DNA of 64,000 bases from Minisyncoccota bacterium. Its GTDB lineage: Bacteria > Patescibacteriota > Minisyncoccia > Phycocordibacterales > JBAYLF01. The stretch lies in NCBI GenBank assembly GCA_041664205.1, contig JBAYLF010000003.1, positions 7,349-71,348 of the forward strand, written 5' to 3'. Below, piece by piece: positions 47,428-58,164 of the stretch. Both the position numbers and the translations under genes were made by a program. Below the pieces are notes generated by a model, which was not told the DNA's origin, ran no database searches, and saw nothing but the letters and a program-made list of their open reading frames with translations. Within the stretch, counting starts at the first letter, position 1. Each line of letters starts with the position of its first letter.

Positions 47428-50400
47428 TTAAGGCAATGTTGTCGTGCCAAAACCAATAAAGTTAGAATCGTGATAACTATTCGCGCCGCTCCATCCAACA
47501 CGATACAATGCACGCACAGTGCTCCCACTAATATCAAGTGATGGATATTGAAAACCATGATAAGCGATACTGTCTGCCAAACTCATACCTGTAGAAGTTA
47601 CTAAATCATTCTCATCTATAATTGTTTTAATCGGAGAGAAAGACGGACTACTTAAATCTGCGGATGAGCCACTAACTAATACAACTCTATTTCTTTGATC
47701 AAGAGTGCTTGTGCCATTATTTGTAAGTGAGTAAAAATAACCACCATTCTTAATAAGCTGAAATTTATCAGTTCCTCCTGGCAAATCTTTTATATAACTG
47801 CTATTCCATGTCGGATTAGAAAGTGTTGTTCCATTCCATGTCTGAGGTAAAAATACTGCCTTGTCAGTTACCCCACCACTATGAAAACGCAATACGTTGT
47901 ATATATTTCCAATATCATCAACAACAGCATTACCTTCTATAAAACCACCGTTAGATGAAAAACTATGCGCTCCAATCGCTAGTGCTGTCGTCGTTGCCCA
48001 ATTAGCTTTATTAGTAAGATCGACATTATCTGGAGCATAGAGAATAAGGGATTGAAAACCGCTATCAGAACCACTTGAACGAGTATAAGGATCGAGATCC
48101 TCAATAGCAATAAACAAATGATTATTGTAATACAAAGGATTTATTCCACCTGACTTATGATAGTTAGGAGGAGTAATTCCAGACCCAGCAGGAGGAAGCG
48201 GTCCGCCACTACTGCTTAATGTTGTCGAAGACCACGTAGCACCTTCGTCTGTTGATTTTTTAAGCACTACATCACCGTATATAATTGATGTTCCTACAAA
48301 ATATAAATTACCATCGGTATGCTGCCAAATAGAACCCCATTGAAAATTAGTCGGGAAATTAGCAAGCCCATACCATGAGATTCCACCGTCATTACTTACA
48401 TAAAGTCGTCCGGCACCGCCACCAATACCAGAATCAAAATAATCATGCATAGCATACAATTTGCCATTAGCAGACAAAAAGCCAGGTGACCCAAGATAAC
48501 TCGTAGCCGGTGCATCTGAACGATCAACCAAAGAATTTCCCCATGGATAAGCAATTAGACTCGCTAGCGTCGGCTGAATATTTTTCCAAGGATGATTACT
48601 TGGAAGCAAACTTGTCTTTCCATCTTCCCACGCCATAACTCCCTCAAGATATCGCACTTCCTCATCAGTCAAAGCTCCATTTACAATTATCATGTCATAG
48701 ATATCACCAGACCAATACAAGTTACTTGCAGAACTATTAAGCCTTCTTCCTAACTGTATCAATTGTTCAGTGCTTGCAGAAGGAAGATCGGTTGGACGGA
48801 ATGAGCCATCAGATAATTCTGTGCCACCAGTAACAGTGCCATTACGTTTTACACCGTTAAGCCAATTAGCTACTTCTCTTCCACTAAAACGTCCGGAAAA
48901 TAATGCGAGCCCACTACTGTTTACTGTGTAGTCAGTATATACTGAGTAGCCTACAGAACCTCCAAAAACCATGAGTCCATTATTTGAAGTAAAAACAACA
49001 GAATTCGGTTGACTGTCACTCGTAGCACTTTGCGAAGCGCTAAAAATTCGACGATCGTTATCTCGTGAATCAGCCAAAACAACAACTGTTACACCACGCA
49101 AAAGATCTATTTTACCCGGAACTGTTAAATACTGACTGCTTGTTGATGCAAATCTAATAGCACTATCTCCAGACAAAGATTTATAAATTGGTTGATTACC
49201 AGAAGATGATTGCGACGCAAGCACTCCAGCATTTCGTAATACCACTGATGAAACAGCATTTCCATCGCCTACCGACAATACATCGCTTGCTTTTAGTCTC
49301 CACACTCGAGTTGGAACAAAGCGAGTTTCCTGTGTAATCGCAGTATGAGCATTCACTGTCGGCTTCGCGCCAGTGTTTGGTGGAACATCACCAACAGGAA
49401 GACCTTGTAATCCACCGAATTTTGAATATGCAAAACGACCAGGGCCGTCAGTAGCCTCATCTAGTGGAAAATACAAAACTGGCTCCCCACCACTTGCAGC
49501 CGATGGCCTCTGACCGTTTGTTATAGCAAGTAGTTCTGTTGTGCTTAATGCGCGAGCAAAGACCGCAACATCAGCAATTTTCCCATTAAACGGTTCGGTA
49601 CCTGTAGGCGTAGAATTATCCCCTATTCTGTCTTTCCCTAAAAAACTAGAACCTGAAGTATAAACAGAAGCGCCAAAAGTTACAGATGCCGAACCGCTCG
49701 TATCAAGAACTCCATCTAAATACACATTTATTGTATCGTTTGCAATATCATTAATCGCAGCAATAGTATGCCAAGCATTCGTAGGAACTGTAGTTGCTCC
49801 TAATTTGCTTTGAAATGAATCGGTATTCTTAGATCGTCCATCACCTTCAATCTTACCTGTTGAAGAAATTACCAAAGCGATACCATTTAAATTTTCACCT
49901 AACTCCGCAGAAAAGACTGATCGCCCACCACTTCCAGCTGAATCTACCCACACTCGCGCAATTGTTGTTATTTGAGAAGCACCTTCAATAAGTTGTGAAG
50001 CATGAGAAGGGCTTAATTCTAATGTATTAGACGAAGAACCATCAAAAACACGACCGATATAACCCGCTTGATTAGTTGTAAATGTTTGATCACTTGAAAC
50101 CGAAAGATTGCCTGACGCATCAGTTGAACGAACACGAAAATGATAAAGGGTACTGGCAGTAAGCCCAGAGAGAACAACTGAATGACTTGTTACTAAAAGC
50201 GAATCTAATGTGCTTGTCAAACCATAAGAATTGGTCAAACCATATTCCACCTGCGAAGTTGCAACTTCATCAGTAGTCCATGTAGTAGTAGCTGTTGTAT
50301 CCTCAGGAATGCCAGAAGATATTAAAGATATAACAGGCCCCGTATTATCCACAGCAACAGTAATAACACTCGACGTCGCATAATTCCCCACCCCATCTCT

Positions 50401-51567
50401 CCCAACAGCAATAATCGTATGACTTCCATCAGCAACAGCAGTAGAATTCCACATAACTCCATAAGGAGAAGAAATATCTTCTGAACCAATTAGAGTATTC
50501 GTATCAAGTTTAAACTGAACACCAGAAACTGAAACGTCATCTGTTGCTGTTGCTGAAAGAGTTACTGCACTTCCTGTGACAGTTGAATTGTTAGCTGGAG
50601 CAGTAACGGTAACAGTAGGTGAAGTAGTGTCAGCTGCAACTGTGAAAGAAACAGTATAATCAGTAGTATTTGCATTACCTAAGTTATCTTGGCATTTGAT
50701 GTAATAAACATAACTACTACCATTAGTAAGATTAGATACCGTCATTGAATGTGAAGTAGAACCTGTGGTTGTAAATGCTGTCATAGAAGAATATGCGGAA
50801 CCAGAGTTCGTAGAATATTTACATGACGCTACTTCGTTAGTAGCAACAGAGAGCGTTGTCGATGTTGTGTTTAATGCAAGAGTTCCTGATGGAGAACCTG
50901 ATGAAAGCACAGGTGGAATAGAGTCACCGCCTCCACCAAAGCCTGGTGCATATGCGTTAAGAACTACAGGGGATGGCGTTGGAGTTGGGATTGTTGGTGT
51001 TGTTACAGTAATCGCTGTTGTGTTAACAGGAGTTAAAATTAGTTTTGATAACTCTGTGATTTTTGCTCGAGTTTGAGGTCCAACAATACCTATTGGTTCA
51101 ATTCCGCGCACCTTTTGGAAGTTAGTTACAGCAACTTTAGTAATTTCACCAAAATATCCAGTAATTGTTGGATATGTGTATAAACCAATTATTTTAAGAA
51201 ATTGTTGTAATTCAGAGACGTCATTACCAGAAAGACCTATGTGTAAAGGTCGAGGAGTATTGGATTGGGTAAGATTATTTAATAGATCTCTAGTTAGTGG
51301 ACCAACTGAACCAACTGTTTCAAGATTGTTTGCTTGTTGGAATTTTTTTACTGATTCTTGCGTAACAGATCCAAAGTATCCAGTGATTGAATGAGAAAAG
51401 TATCCTTTGTCTTTTAAAATTTGTTGAAGAGAAGAAACATCTGTTCCTTTATCTCCTATATTAAGAGAGTTGTTAAAAATATACGCTTGTATTGAGTTTG
51501 GGAAAATGAAAATACTAACTATACCTAAAAACAAAATGCTGATTTGTAAGCGTTTTTTAACATTCAT
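47428..51567 (-). CDS. large secreted multidomain surface protein (2x PG-binding, Ig/FN3-like, 2x LamG/ConA-like, BNR-repeat propeller)
   Basis: Signal peptide, then two PG_binding_1-like repeats (GDKGTDVSSLQQILKDKGYF..., GNDVSELQQFLKIIGLYTY...), an FN3-like block (SGLTASTLYHFRVRSTDASGN), two LamG-like regions, and BNR/Asp-box motifs (SNDGGISW, STDEGATW). Confidence 0.75.
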   Translation of the reverse strand: MNVKKRLQISILFLGIVSIFIFPNSIQAYIFNNSLNIGDKGTDVSSLQQILKDKGYFSHSITGYFGSVTQESVKKFQQANNLETVGSVGPLTRDLLNNLTQSNTPRPLHIGLSGNDVSELQQFLKIIGLYTYPTITGYFGEITKVAVTNFQKVRGIEPIGIVGPQTRAKITELSKLILTPVNTTAITVTTPTIPTPTPSPVVLNAYAPGFGGGGDSIPPVLSSGSPSGTLALNTTSTTLSVATNEVASCKYSTNSGSAYSSMTAFTTTGSTSHSMTVSNLTNGSSYVYYIKCQDNLGNANTTDYTVSFTVAADTTSPTVTVTAPANNSTVTGSAVTLSATATDDVSVSGVQFKLDTNTLIGSEDISSPYGVMWNSTAVADGSHTIIAVGRDGVGNYATSSVITVAVDNTGPVISLISSGIPEDTTATTTWTTDEVATSQVEYGLTNSYGLTSTLDSLLVTSHSVVLSGLTASTLYHFRVRSTDASGNLSVSSDQTFTTNQAGYIGRVFDGSSSNTLELSPSHASQLIEGASQITTIARVWVDSAGSGGRSVFSAELGENLNGIALVISSTGKIEGDGRSKNTDSFQSKLGATTVPTNAWHTIAAINDIANDTINVYLDGVLDTSGSASVTFGASVYTSGSSFLGKDRIGDNSTPTGTEPFNGKIADVAVFARALSTTELLAITNGQRPSAASGGEPVLYFPLDEATDGPGRFAYSKFGGLQGLPVGDVPPNTGAKPTVNAHTAITQETRFVPTRVWRLKASDVLSVGDGNAVSSVVLRNAGVLASQSSSGNQPIYKSLSGDSAIRFASTSSQYLTVPGKIDLLRGVTVVVLADSRDNDRRIFSASQSATSDSQPNSVVFTSNNGLMVFGGSVGYSVYTDYTVNSSGLALFSGRFSGREVANWLNGVKRNGTVTGGTELSDGSFRPTDLPSASTEQLIQLGRRLNSSASNLYWSGDIYDMIIVNGALTDEEVRYLEGVMAWEDGKTSLLPSNHPWKNIQPTLASLIAYPWGNSLVDRSDAPATSYLGSPGFLSANGKLYAMHDYFDSGIGGGAGRLYVSNDGGISWYGLANFPTNFQWGSIWQHTDGNLYFVGTSIIYGDVVLKKSTDEGATWSSTTLSSSGGPLPPAGSGITPPNYHKSGGINPLYYNNHLFIAIEDLDPYTRSSGSDSGFQSLILYAPDNVDLTNKANWATTTALAIGAHSFSSNGGFIEGNAVVDDIGNIYNVLRFHSGGVTDKAVFLPQTWNGTTLSNPTWNSSYIKDLPGGTDKFQLIKNGGYFYSLTNNGTSTLDQRNRVVLVSGSSADLSSPSFSPIKTIIDENDLVTSTGMSLADSIAYHGFQYPSLDISGSTVRALYRVGWSGANSYHDSNFIGFGTTTLP

Positions 51568-51590
51568 AATTTAAATGACTATTACTCTTT

Positions 51591-51618
51591 ATTTTACCCC
51601 CCCCATTTTTTTTGGCAA
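51591..51618 (-). promoter_or_regulatory. candidate promoter with a homopolymeric A7-T-G8 spacer (possible phase-variation switch) for 47428..51567
   Basis: On the - strand: TTGCCA-AAAAAAATGGGGGGGG-TAAAAT, a 16-nt spacer made entirely of A7, T and G8. The + strand shows C8 at 51597..51604 and T8 at 51606..51613. The ATG lies about 25 nt downstream of the -10. Confidence 0.4.
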
Positions 51619-51684
51619 GAATACTAAAGTCAAAGATGTATATTTTTTAACCCAAACCAACTGTAAAGACAGAAATAATTAAAA

Positions 51685-52299
51685 TTAGCTAAAGTTTTTC
51701 AAAAAGCTCATTCTATGGATTTCACAAACTCCAAATTTTTTGATAGCGTCCCGATGAAATTTAGTTCCATACCCTTTATGTATTTCGAATCCATAATTTG
51801 GATATTTTTTTGCCAACAAACACAGCTTTCTGTCACGTTTAACTTTTGCAACAATTGATGCGAGTGAAATAATCGGAATTTTTTCATCTCCTTTAATAAT
51901 AGTTTCTTGAAATTCAAATTCTACAGGCGCCTTGATTCCTCCATCGAGTAAAACTCTGCATTCATTTGGATTTAAATTTAATTTATTTAACGATCTTTTT
52001 ATCGCCAACTTAATGCATTTTGATAGACCTGTCTTATCTATCATTTTATGACTTACAAAAGAAACTTTATAATCCAAGTTACCATTCTTTTTTTCTTGAA
52101 TAATTTTTTTGCACCATTCCTCTCTTTTTTCCAAAGTTAATTTTTTAGAATCTTTTACCTCTATAAAAAATGATTTTTGATATCTAGAATACATAGAATT
52201 AGCCATTGCAACCACACCTATCGCCACAGGGCCAGCCAATGGCCCTCGTCCAACTTCATCAATTCCAACAATAAATCTGACTTTAGTCTTCTTATTCAT
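51685..52299 (-). CDS. rnhB: ribonuclease HII
   Basis: VGIDEVGRGPLAGPVAIGVV and the rest of the RNase HII catalytic core. Confidence 0.9.
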   Translation of the reverse strand: MNKKTKVRFIVGIDEVGRGPLAGPVAIGVVAMANSMYSRYQKSFFIEVKDSKKLTLEKREEWCKKIIQEKKNGNLDYKVSFVSHKMIDKTGLSKCIKLAIKRSLNKLNLNPNECRVLLDGGIKAPVEFEFQETIIKGDEKIPIISLASIVAKVKRDRKLCLLAKKYPNYGFEIHKGYGTKFHRDAIKKFGVCEIHRMSFLKNFS

Positions 52300-52487
52300 T
52301 TAAATAAATTTTGTTATAATAGACTTGTTAGTCAAATAACCTTTCTTTCGAAATTCATATATTTTGGCTACAACTCGTCAAAAATGTTTCAAAATACCAC
52401 AGGTATTCTTCAACATTTTTGACTTCGTTTCGCTCAAAATATATTAATTTCTCTAAGAAATCCTATTTGGTAACAAGTCTAATTATC

Positions 52488-55400
52488 ATGGCTTCTAAAT
52501 TTACACACCTCCACGTTCACAGTCATTATAGCCTACTAAATGCTCTGCCAAAAATCCCGGCTCTGATCAAGGAAGCAAAGAAAAATGGGATGGAAGCTAT
52601 AGCTTTGACAGACAACGGCAATCTCTATGGAGCGATTGAGTTTTATAAAGAGTGCAAAAAGCAAAAAATAAAGCCGATCGTAGGCGTTGACGCATTTGTG
52701 GCTGTCCGCACACGCTTTGATAAAGAACCAAGAATTGATAATAAAAGATACCGCCTAATACTTCTCGCAAAAAACGAGAACGGCTACAAAAATCTTTTAA
52801 AAATAGTAACTGGCGCAAACCTTGAAGGCTTTTATTATAAACCGCGCGTTGATCGAGAATTGCTAGCAAAAAATCCTGAAGATATTATCGCGATCTTCCC
52901 TTCGTTCAGTGGAGAAATTACACAAGCGTTAAAGATCGGCGACAATGAAAAAGCAAAGGAAGTTTTAGATGCATACATAAAAATATTCGGTAAAGAAAAT
53001 ATTTATCTTGAAATAACTCATCACCCTGAAATTACCAGCCATGAGGAGTTGATGAAAAAGATAATAAGTTTCGCAAAAGAAAACGGTGCGGAAATTGTCG
53101 CGACTCACGATGTTTATTATCTTCATCCGGAAGACAAAAAAGCGCGCGACACTCTGCTTGCCATTCAAACAAGTTTCGAAGGAGACAGAAGTGAAAATGG
53201 CGAAGCCTATGATTTTTCTTTTATCACACAGGAACAAGCGCGGGATTTTTTCAAAGATATTCCCGAAGCAATATCGAATACTCAAAAAATTGCTGATGCT
53301 TGCGATTTGAAGCTTGAACTCGGCAAATGGGTTTTTCCAGACTTCGAAGTGCCTGGTGGAAAAACACCCGATGAAGCACTTCGCGATTTTGCTTACAGTG
53401 GAATAGAGCTTCGAGGACTCCAAAGAACACCGGAATTAATAGAGCGTATAGAATACGAACTCAAGGTTATAAAAGACAAAGGTTATTCTCCGTATTTTCT
53501 TGTGGTATCAGATCTGCTCGTCTACGCAAAAAATCATCATATCTTCAGCACCACTAGAGGCTCCGCGGGCGGATCTATGGTCTCTTATCTAACTTACATC
53601 ACAACAGTAAACCCTATCGAATACAACCTACCATTCGAAAGATTTTTAAATCCTGAAAGACCTTCGGCTCCCGATATTGATATGGATATCGCAGACATCA
53701 AGCGTGATCAGCTTATTCAGTATGCGATAGAAAAATACGGTAAAGACAAAGTGGCTCAAGTTGGAACATTTGGAACTATGATGGCTCGAGGCGCTGTGCG
53801 AGACGTAGCGAGAGCAATGGGCTATCCATATTCTACTGGTGATCAGATAGCAAAAATGATTCCTATGGGGGCACAGGGCTTTCCTATGACGATAGATAAG
53901 GCCATGTCCGAAGTTCCAGAACTTAAAAAGAAGTATGAAGAAGAGGAAGATGCAAAAACAATTATCGATATGGCAAAAAAAATTGAAGGTTGTGCACGAC
54001 ACATCTCCATTCATGCCGCCGGAGTTGTTATTGCGCCCACAGCTTTGACAGACTTTGTTCCACTACAAAACGACCCTAAAGGAGGAAAACTTATCACCCA
54101 ATACGATATGCACGCTGTTGAAGATGCAGGACTTCTTAAGTTCGACTTTCTTGGAATTAAAAATCTTTCGATCCTTGCAGATGCAGTTGATCGTGTAAAA
54201 AAAATACGCAACATAGATGTAGATATAGATAAAATTCCAACTGACGATAAAAAAACTTTTGAAATGCTTGCGCGCGGTGAAACTACCGGACTCTTTCAAT
54301 TAAACGGCGATGGAATGACTCGATACTTAAAAGAACTCAAACCAACAAGTATCAACGACATCAACCTTATGGTTGCACTTTATCGTCCAGGACCTATGGC
54401 AACAATTGATGAATACATCGCGCGTAAACATGGTGATAAAAAAGTTACCTACTACCACCCAAAGATGGAAAAATTCTTAGACAAATCATTCGGACTTTTG
54501 GTTTACCAGGACGATCTACTTTTTACTGCAATAGAACTTGCAGGATACACATGGGCAACTGTTGATAAATTTAGAAAGGCAGTGGGTAAAAAAATTCCAG
54601 AAGAAATGGCGAAGCAACATGAAATTTTCGTAAGTGGCTGTCAGGAGCACAGCAATATGAGTAAAGACGCAGCAGAAAAAATATGGACACTATTTGAACC
54701 GTTTCAAGGATACGGATTCAACAAGGCACATGCTGCAAGTTACGGACGAGTAGCATATCAAACTGCATATATGAAAGCGAACTTTCCCGCTATATATATG
54801 TCAGCAGTTTTAACGGCAGATTCTGGAGATGTCGAGAAAATCGGTGAAACTATCGCCGAATGCAAAAGAATGGGAATTGAAGTTCTGCCTCCAGATATAA
54901 ATGAAAGTTTTTCAGCATTTACAGTGATTGAAGGAAAGTCGAGAGAAAGCGACAAAATCCGCTTCGGCTTAACTACGATAAAAAATTTCGGTGAAGGAAT
55001 TTCACAGACAATAATTGAGGAAAGAAAAGCGCGAGGGAAATTCACATCACTCCAAAATTTCCTTGAAAGAATAAAAGATAAAAATTTAAATAAAAAATCA
55101 CTCGAAGCACTGATAATGACTGGTGCACTTGATGAATTTGGTGAACGAGGAGAATTAATTTCAAATATTGAAGAGCTTTTGGCATATCACAAAGAATTCA
55201 AAAATGCTCCTGAAAATCAAGACTCGCTTTTTGGCGCATTCGATTTCGGCTCACCTTTCACTTCACTTAAAATGCACAAAGCAGAACCAGCGAGCCAAGC
55301 ACAAAAACTCGTTTGGGAAAAAGAACTTTTAGGATTATATATTTCCGGGCATCCTTTAGATAAATTCAAAGAAAAACTCGCTGGCAAAAAAGGTATTGAA

Positions 55401-55673
55401 GCAGTAAGAAAAGAATTAAAAGACGGAATGGAAGCAGTTATATCTGGAATAATTGAAGAAGCTAAAATAATAAATACCAAAAAGGGCGAACGCATGGCTT
55501 TCATTAAAGTTGCTGACTTTACTGGAAATATGGAGGTGGTTGTCTTTCCAAAAACTTTTACGGAGTTTGCTGAGATGTTAAATCCTGAAACTTGCATAGC
55601 TGTAAAAGGCAGACTGTCAGCAAAAAATGGCACACTTAGTTTACTTGCAGAAAAATTTAAAAAGCTTGACTAA
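52488..55673 (+). CDS. dnaE: DNA polymerase III alpha subunit
   Basis: PHP domain start MASKFTHLHVHSHYSLL, a polymerase core and a C-terminal OB fold. The start was chosen at MASKF; the ORF track begins at 52419. Confidence 0.9.
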   Translation: MASKFTHLHVHSHYSLLNALPKIPALIKEAKKNGMEAIALTDNGNLYGAIEFYKECKKQKIKPIVGVDAFVAVRTRFDKEPRIDNKRYRLILLAKNENGYKNLLKIVTGANLEGFYYKPRVDRELLAKNPEDIIAIFPSFSGEITQALKIGDNEKAKEVLDAYIKIFGKENIYLEITHHPEITSHEELMKKIISFAKENGAEIVATHDVYYLHPEDKKARDTLLAIQTSFEGDRSENGEAYDFSFITQEQARDFFKDIPEAISNTQKIADACDLKLELGKWVFPDFEVPGGKTPDEALRDFAYSGIELRGLQRTPELIERIEYELKVIKDKGYSPYFLVVSDLLVYAKNHHIFSTTRGSAGGSMVSYLTYITTVNPIEYNLPFERFLNPERPSAPDIDMDIADIKRDQLIQYAIEKYGKDKVAQVGTFGTMMARGAVRDVARAMGYPYSTGDQIAKMIPMGAQGFPMTIDKAMSEVPELKKKYEEEEDAKTIIDMAKKIEGCARHISIHAAGVVIAPTALTDFVPLQNDPKGGKLITQYDMHAVEDAGLLKFDFLGIKNLSILADAVDRVKKIRNIDVDIDKIPTDDKKTFEMLARGETTGLFQLNGDGMTRYLKELKPTSINDINLMVALYRPGPMATIDEYIARKHGDKKVTYYHPKMEKFLDKSFGLLVYQDDLLFTAIELAGYTWATVDKFRKAVGKKIPEEMAKQHEIFVSGCQEHSNMSKDAAEKIWTLFEPFQGYGFNKAHAASYGRVAYQTAYMKANFPAIYMSAVLTADSGDVEKIGETIAECKRMGIEVLPPDINESFSAFTVIEGKSRESDKIRFGLTTIKNFGEGISQTIIEERKARGKFTSLQNFLERIKDKNLNKKSLEALIMTGALDEFGERGELISNIEELLAYHKEFKNAPENQDSLFGAFDFGSPFTSLKMHKAEPASQAQKLVWEKELLGLYISGHPLDKFKEKLAGKKGIEAVRKELKDGMEAVISGIIEEAKIINTKKGERMAFIKVADFTGNMEVVVFPKTFTEFAEMLNPETCIAVKGRLSAKNGTLSLLAEKFKKLD

Positions 55674-55772
55674 AGGTATTTTAGCCGATAAAATTCTTAT
55701 CTAGGAACTCTGTAAAAAGCGATTAATTAACCGATTGCTCGGAGTTATGGTTGTTTAAAAGAAAGTCAAAAA

Positions 55773-56018
55773 ATGAATAGTAGTGACGGAATACCAACGC
55801 AAAGCGACCTAGATATCGAAAACAATGGAAATGGATTTGGACATCATTATATCCAAAGTGCACACGGCGCCTTAGTGCAGATCGATGAGAGTCCGGAGGC
55901 AAATCTGATTTTGTCAGAAGACGAATCAGCTGTCGACTCTCTATTATCGATCAAGAAAAAAATCTCCCATTTCTTTCCAAGAAAGAAAAAGGGTCTCAAA
56001 AAAACTAAGAAAAAATGA
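55773..56018 (+). CDS. hypothetical protein (81 aa)
   Basis: ORF followed by a strong terminator. Acidic N-terminus and a lysine-rich tail. Confidence 0.35.
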   Translation: MNSSDGIPTQSDLDIENNGNGFGHHYIQSAHGALVQIDESPEANLILSEDESAVDSLLSIKKKISHFFPRKKKGLKKTKKK

Positions 56019-56052
56019 GACAGGTATTCTAACAAAACAACCAAAAACCAGC

Positions 56053-56086
56053 AGCGAGGACTCACCCGAGTCCTCGCTTTTTTTTA
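56053..56086 (+). terminator. rho-independent terminator
   Basis: AGCGAGGACTC-accc-GAGTCCTCGCT followed by T8. Confidence 0.75.
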
Positions 56087-56111
56087 TATACGATTATGAT
56101 ATATTTTATAC

Positions 56112-57875
56112 ATGACTAAAAATACTAATGAAAATGAGCATTTATCACATTTGCGCCATTCTTTGGCACATCTTTTAGCAGCAGCTGTTTCTGAATTATG
56201 GCCGGGCACAAAAAATACTATAGGCCCAGTAATTGATAACGGCTTCTATTATGACTTTGATTTCACTACTCCTATTTCAGATAAAGATTTAAAAGATATT
56301 GAAAAGAAAATGAAAAAAATTCTTCCAACATGGAAAGAATTTACTCACAAAGAAGTTATTCTCGAAGAAGCAAAAGAAATTTTTAAAGACAATCCATACA
56401 AACTTGAACTAATAAATGAGATTGCTTCAAATGGAGAAAAAATCTCACTCTACACTTTTGGAGAATTCACAGACCTTTGCCGTGGTGGACATGCAGAAAA
56501 TCCAAGTAAAGAAATTAATTCTGACTCTTTCAAACTTTCTCACACCGCAGGCGCATACTGGCGCGGAGATGAAAAAAATAAAATGCTAACCCGCATTTAC
56601 GGATTAGCTTTTGAAACAAAAGAAAAACTCGAAGAATACGAGAAACTGCGAGAAGAAGCAGAAAAGCGCGACCACAGAAAACTCGGTAAAGAACTTAGCA
56701 TTTTTGCTTTTGACAACGATGTTGGCGCAGGACTACCACTTTGGCTTCCTAACGGCGGAGCAATGATAGAAGAGTTAGAAAAACTCGCAAAAGAAACTGA
56801 GTTTGCTTATGAATACGAACGAGTCAAAACTCCACACATTGCAAAAGAATCAATGTATCTTACAAGCGGTCACTTACCCTACTACGAAGATACAATGTTC
56901 CCTCCTATGGAATACGAAGGTGGAAAATATTATTTGAAAGCAATGAACTGTCCGCACCACCACAAAATATTTGCTGCAGAACCACGAAGCTACAAACAAC
57001 TTCCGCTTCGCCTCGCAGAATATGGATCTTGCTATCGTCACGAAAAATCCGGCGAGCTCTTTGGAATTATGCGCGTGCGTTCAATGCAAATGAATGATGC
57101 TCATATTTATTGCACCGAGGAACAATTTTTTGATGAGTTCAAAAAAGTAATAGAAATGTATCTTTATTACTTCAAGATATTCGGAGTAGATAAATATACA
57201 ATGCGCCTTTCAAAACATTCAAAAGAAAATCTTGGTAAAAAATATATCGATGAACCAAAGCTTTGGATAAAAACAGAAGATATGGTGCGAAAATGCCTAG
57301 TAGATCTTAACGTTCCGTTCGTTGAAGCAGAAAATGAAGCGGCATTCTACGGACCAAAGATCGACGTTCAGATATGGAGCGTTATTGGCCGAGAGTTCAC
57401 ACTCGCCACAAACCAAGTTGATTTCGCTGTTCCAGCAAGATTTAAACTTGTATATACCGATAATGAAGGAAAAGAAAAAACTCCTCTTTGCATACACCGT
57501 GCACCGCTCGCAACACATGAACGCTTTATCGGATTCTTGATCGAGCACTACGGCGGAAACTTCCCTCTCTGGCTAGCGCCAGAACAAGTTGCAGTAATTC
57601 CTGTAAAAGAATCAAATTTTGAAACTGCAAAAGACGTTTATAAAAAACTTCGTGCATTACAAATTCGAGCAAAAATAGATCTCACAAATAGCAACTTCGG
57701 TAAAAAAGTTAGGTCTGCAAAAGACATGCGAACACCTTACATGGTTATTATCGGTGACAAAGATATGGAAGCTGGCGTAGTCACTCTCGAACACCGAGAC
57801 AAAGGAAAAATTGGAACACTCACTCTTGATAAACTTGCCGACCTACTTGTTAAAGAAATAAAAAACCGAGAATAA
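56112..57875 (+). CDS. thrS: threonine--tRNA ligase (short form lacking the N-terminal TGS domain)
   Basis: HLRHSLAHLLAAAV (SAD HxxxH motif), class II core HRKLGKEL...FRHE...GHLPYYED, and an anticodon-binding C-terminus. Confidence 0.9.
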   Translation: MTKNTNENEHLSHLRHSLAHLLAAAVSELWPGTKNTIGPVIDNGFYYDFDFTTPISDKDLKDIEKKMKKILPTWKEFTHKEVILEEAKEIFKDNPYKLELINEIASNGEKISLYTFGEFTDLCRGGHAENPSKEINSDSFKLSHTAGAYWRGDEKNKMLTRIYGLAFETKEKLEEYEKLREEAEKRDHRKLGKELSIFAFDNDVGAGLPLWLPNGGAMIEELEKLAKETEFAYEYERVKTPHIAKESMYLTSGHLPYYEDTMFPPMEYEGGKYYLKAMNCPHHHKIFAAEPRSYKQLPLRLAEYGSCYRHEKSGELFGIMRVRSMQMNDAHIYCTEEQFFDEFKKVIEMYLYYFKIFGVDKYTMRLSKHSKENLGKKYIDEPKLWIKTEDMVRKCLVDLNVPFVEAENEAAFYGPKIDVQIWSVIGREFTLATNQVDFAVPARFKLVYTDNEGKEKTPLCIHRAPLATHERFIGFLIEHYGGNFPLWLAPEQVAVIPVKESNFETAKDVYKKLRALQIRAKIDLTNSNFGKKVRSAKDMRTPYMVIIGDKDMEAGVVTLEHRDKGKIGTLTLDKLADLLVKEIKNRE

Positions 57876-57918
57876 AAAATAACTAACGAAAATTAGTTTT
57901 TTAAGGAATAATAAAAAA

Positions 57919-57953
57919 CCGGCGCATTGTTTTTACACAATGCGCCGGTTTAT
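57919..57953 (+). terminator. rho-independent terminator
   Basis: CCGGCGCATTGT-ttttac-ACAATGCGCCGG followed by TTTAT. Confidence 0.65.
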
Positions 57954-57981
57954 GTCTGTAGGTTACAAACGACTATCAGTT

Positions 57982-58053
57982 ACAAATGATATAAACAAGT
58001 AAATAGCATGACTATAATACCAACTAGCATAATAATCCAAACAATTTCCATAT
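57982..58053 (-). CDS. possible 23-aa hydrophobic micropeptide
   Basis: MEIVWIIMLVGIIVMLFTCLYHL with a GAAAGGT SD 8 nt upstream. Very short, so speculative. Confidence 0.2.
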
Positions 58054-58164
58054 AATTACCTTTCAGTTTTTTGTTTTAACTGTGAACCTAGTTTCTTTTA
58101 AAGGAACTCGATTACCTTTATGTTGTATCAGATTATGAAGTTTTATCAAACATTTTGAATAAAA

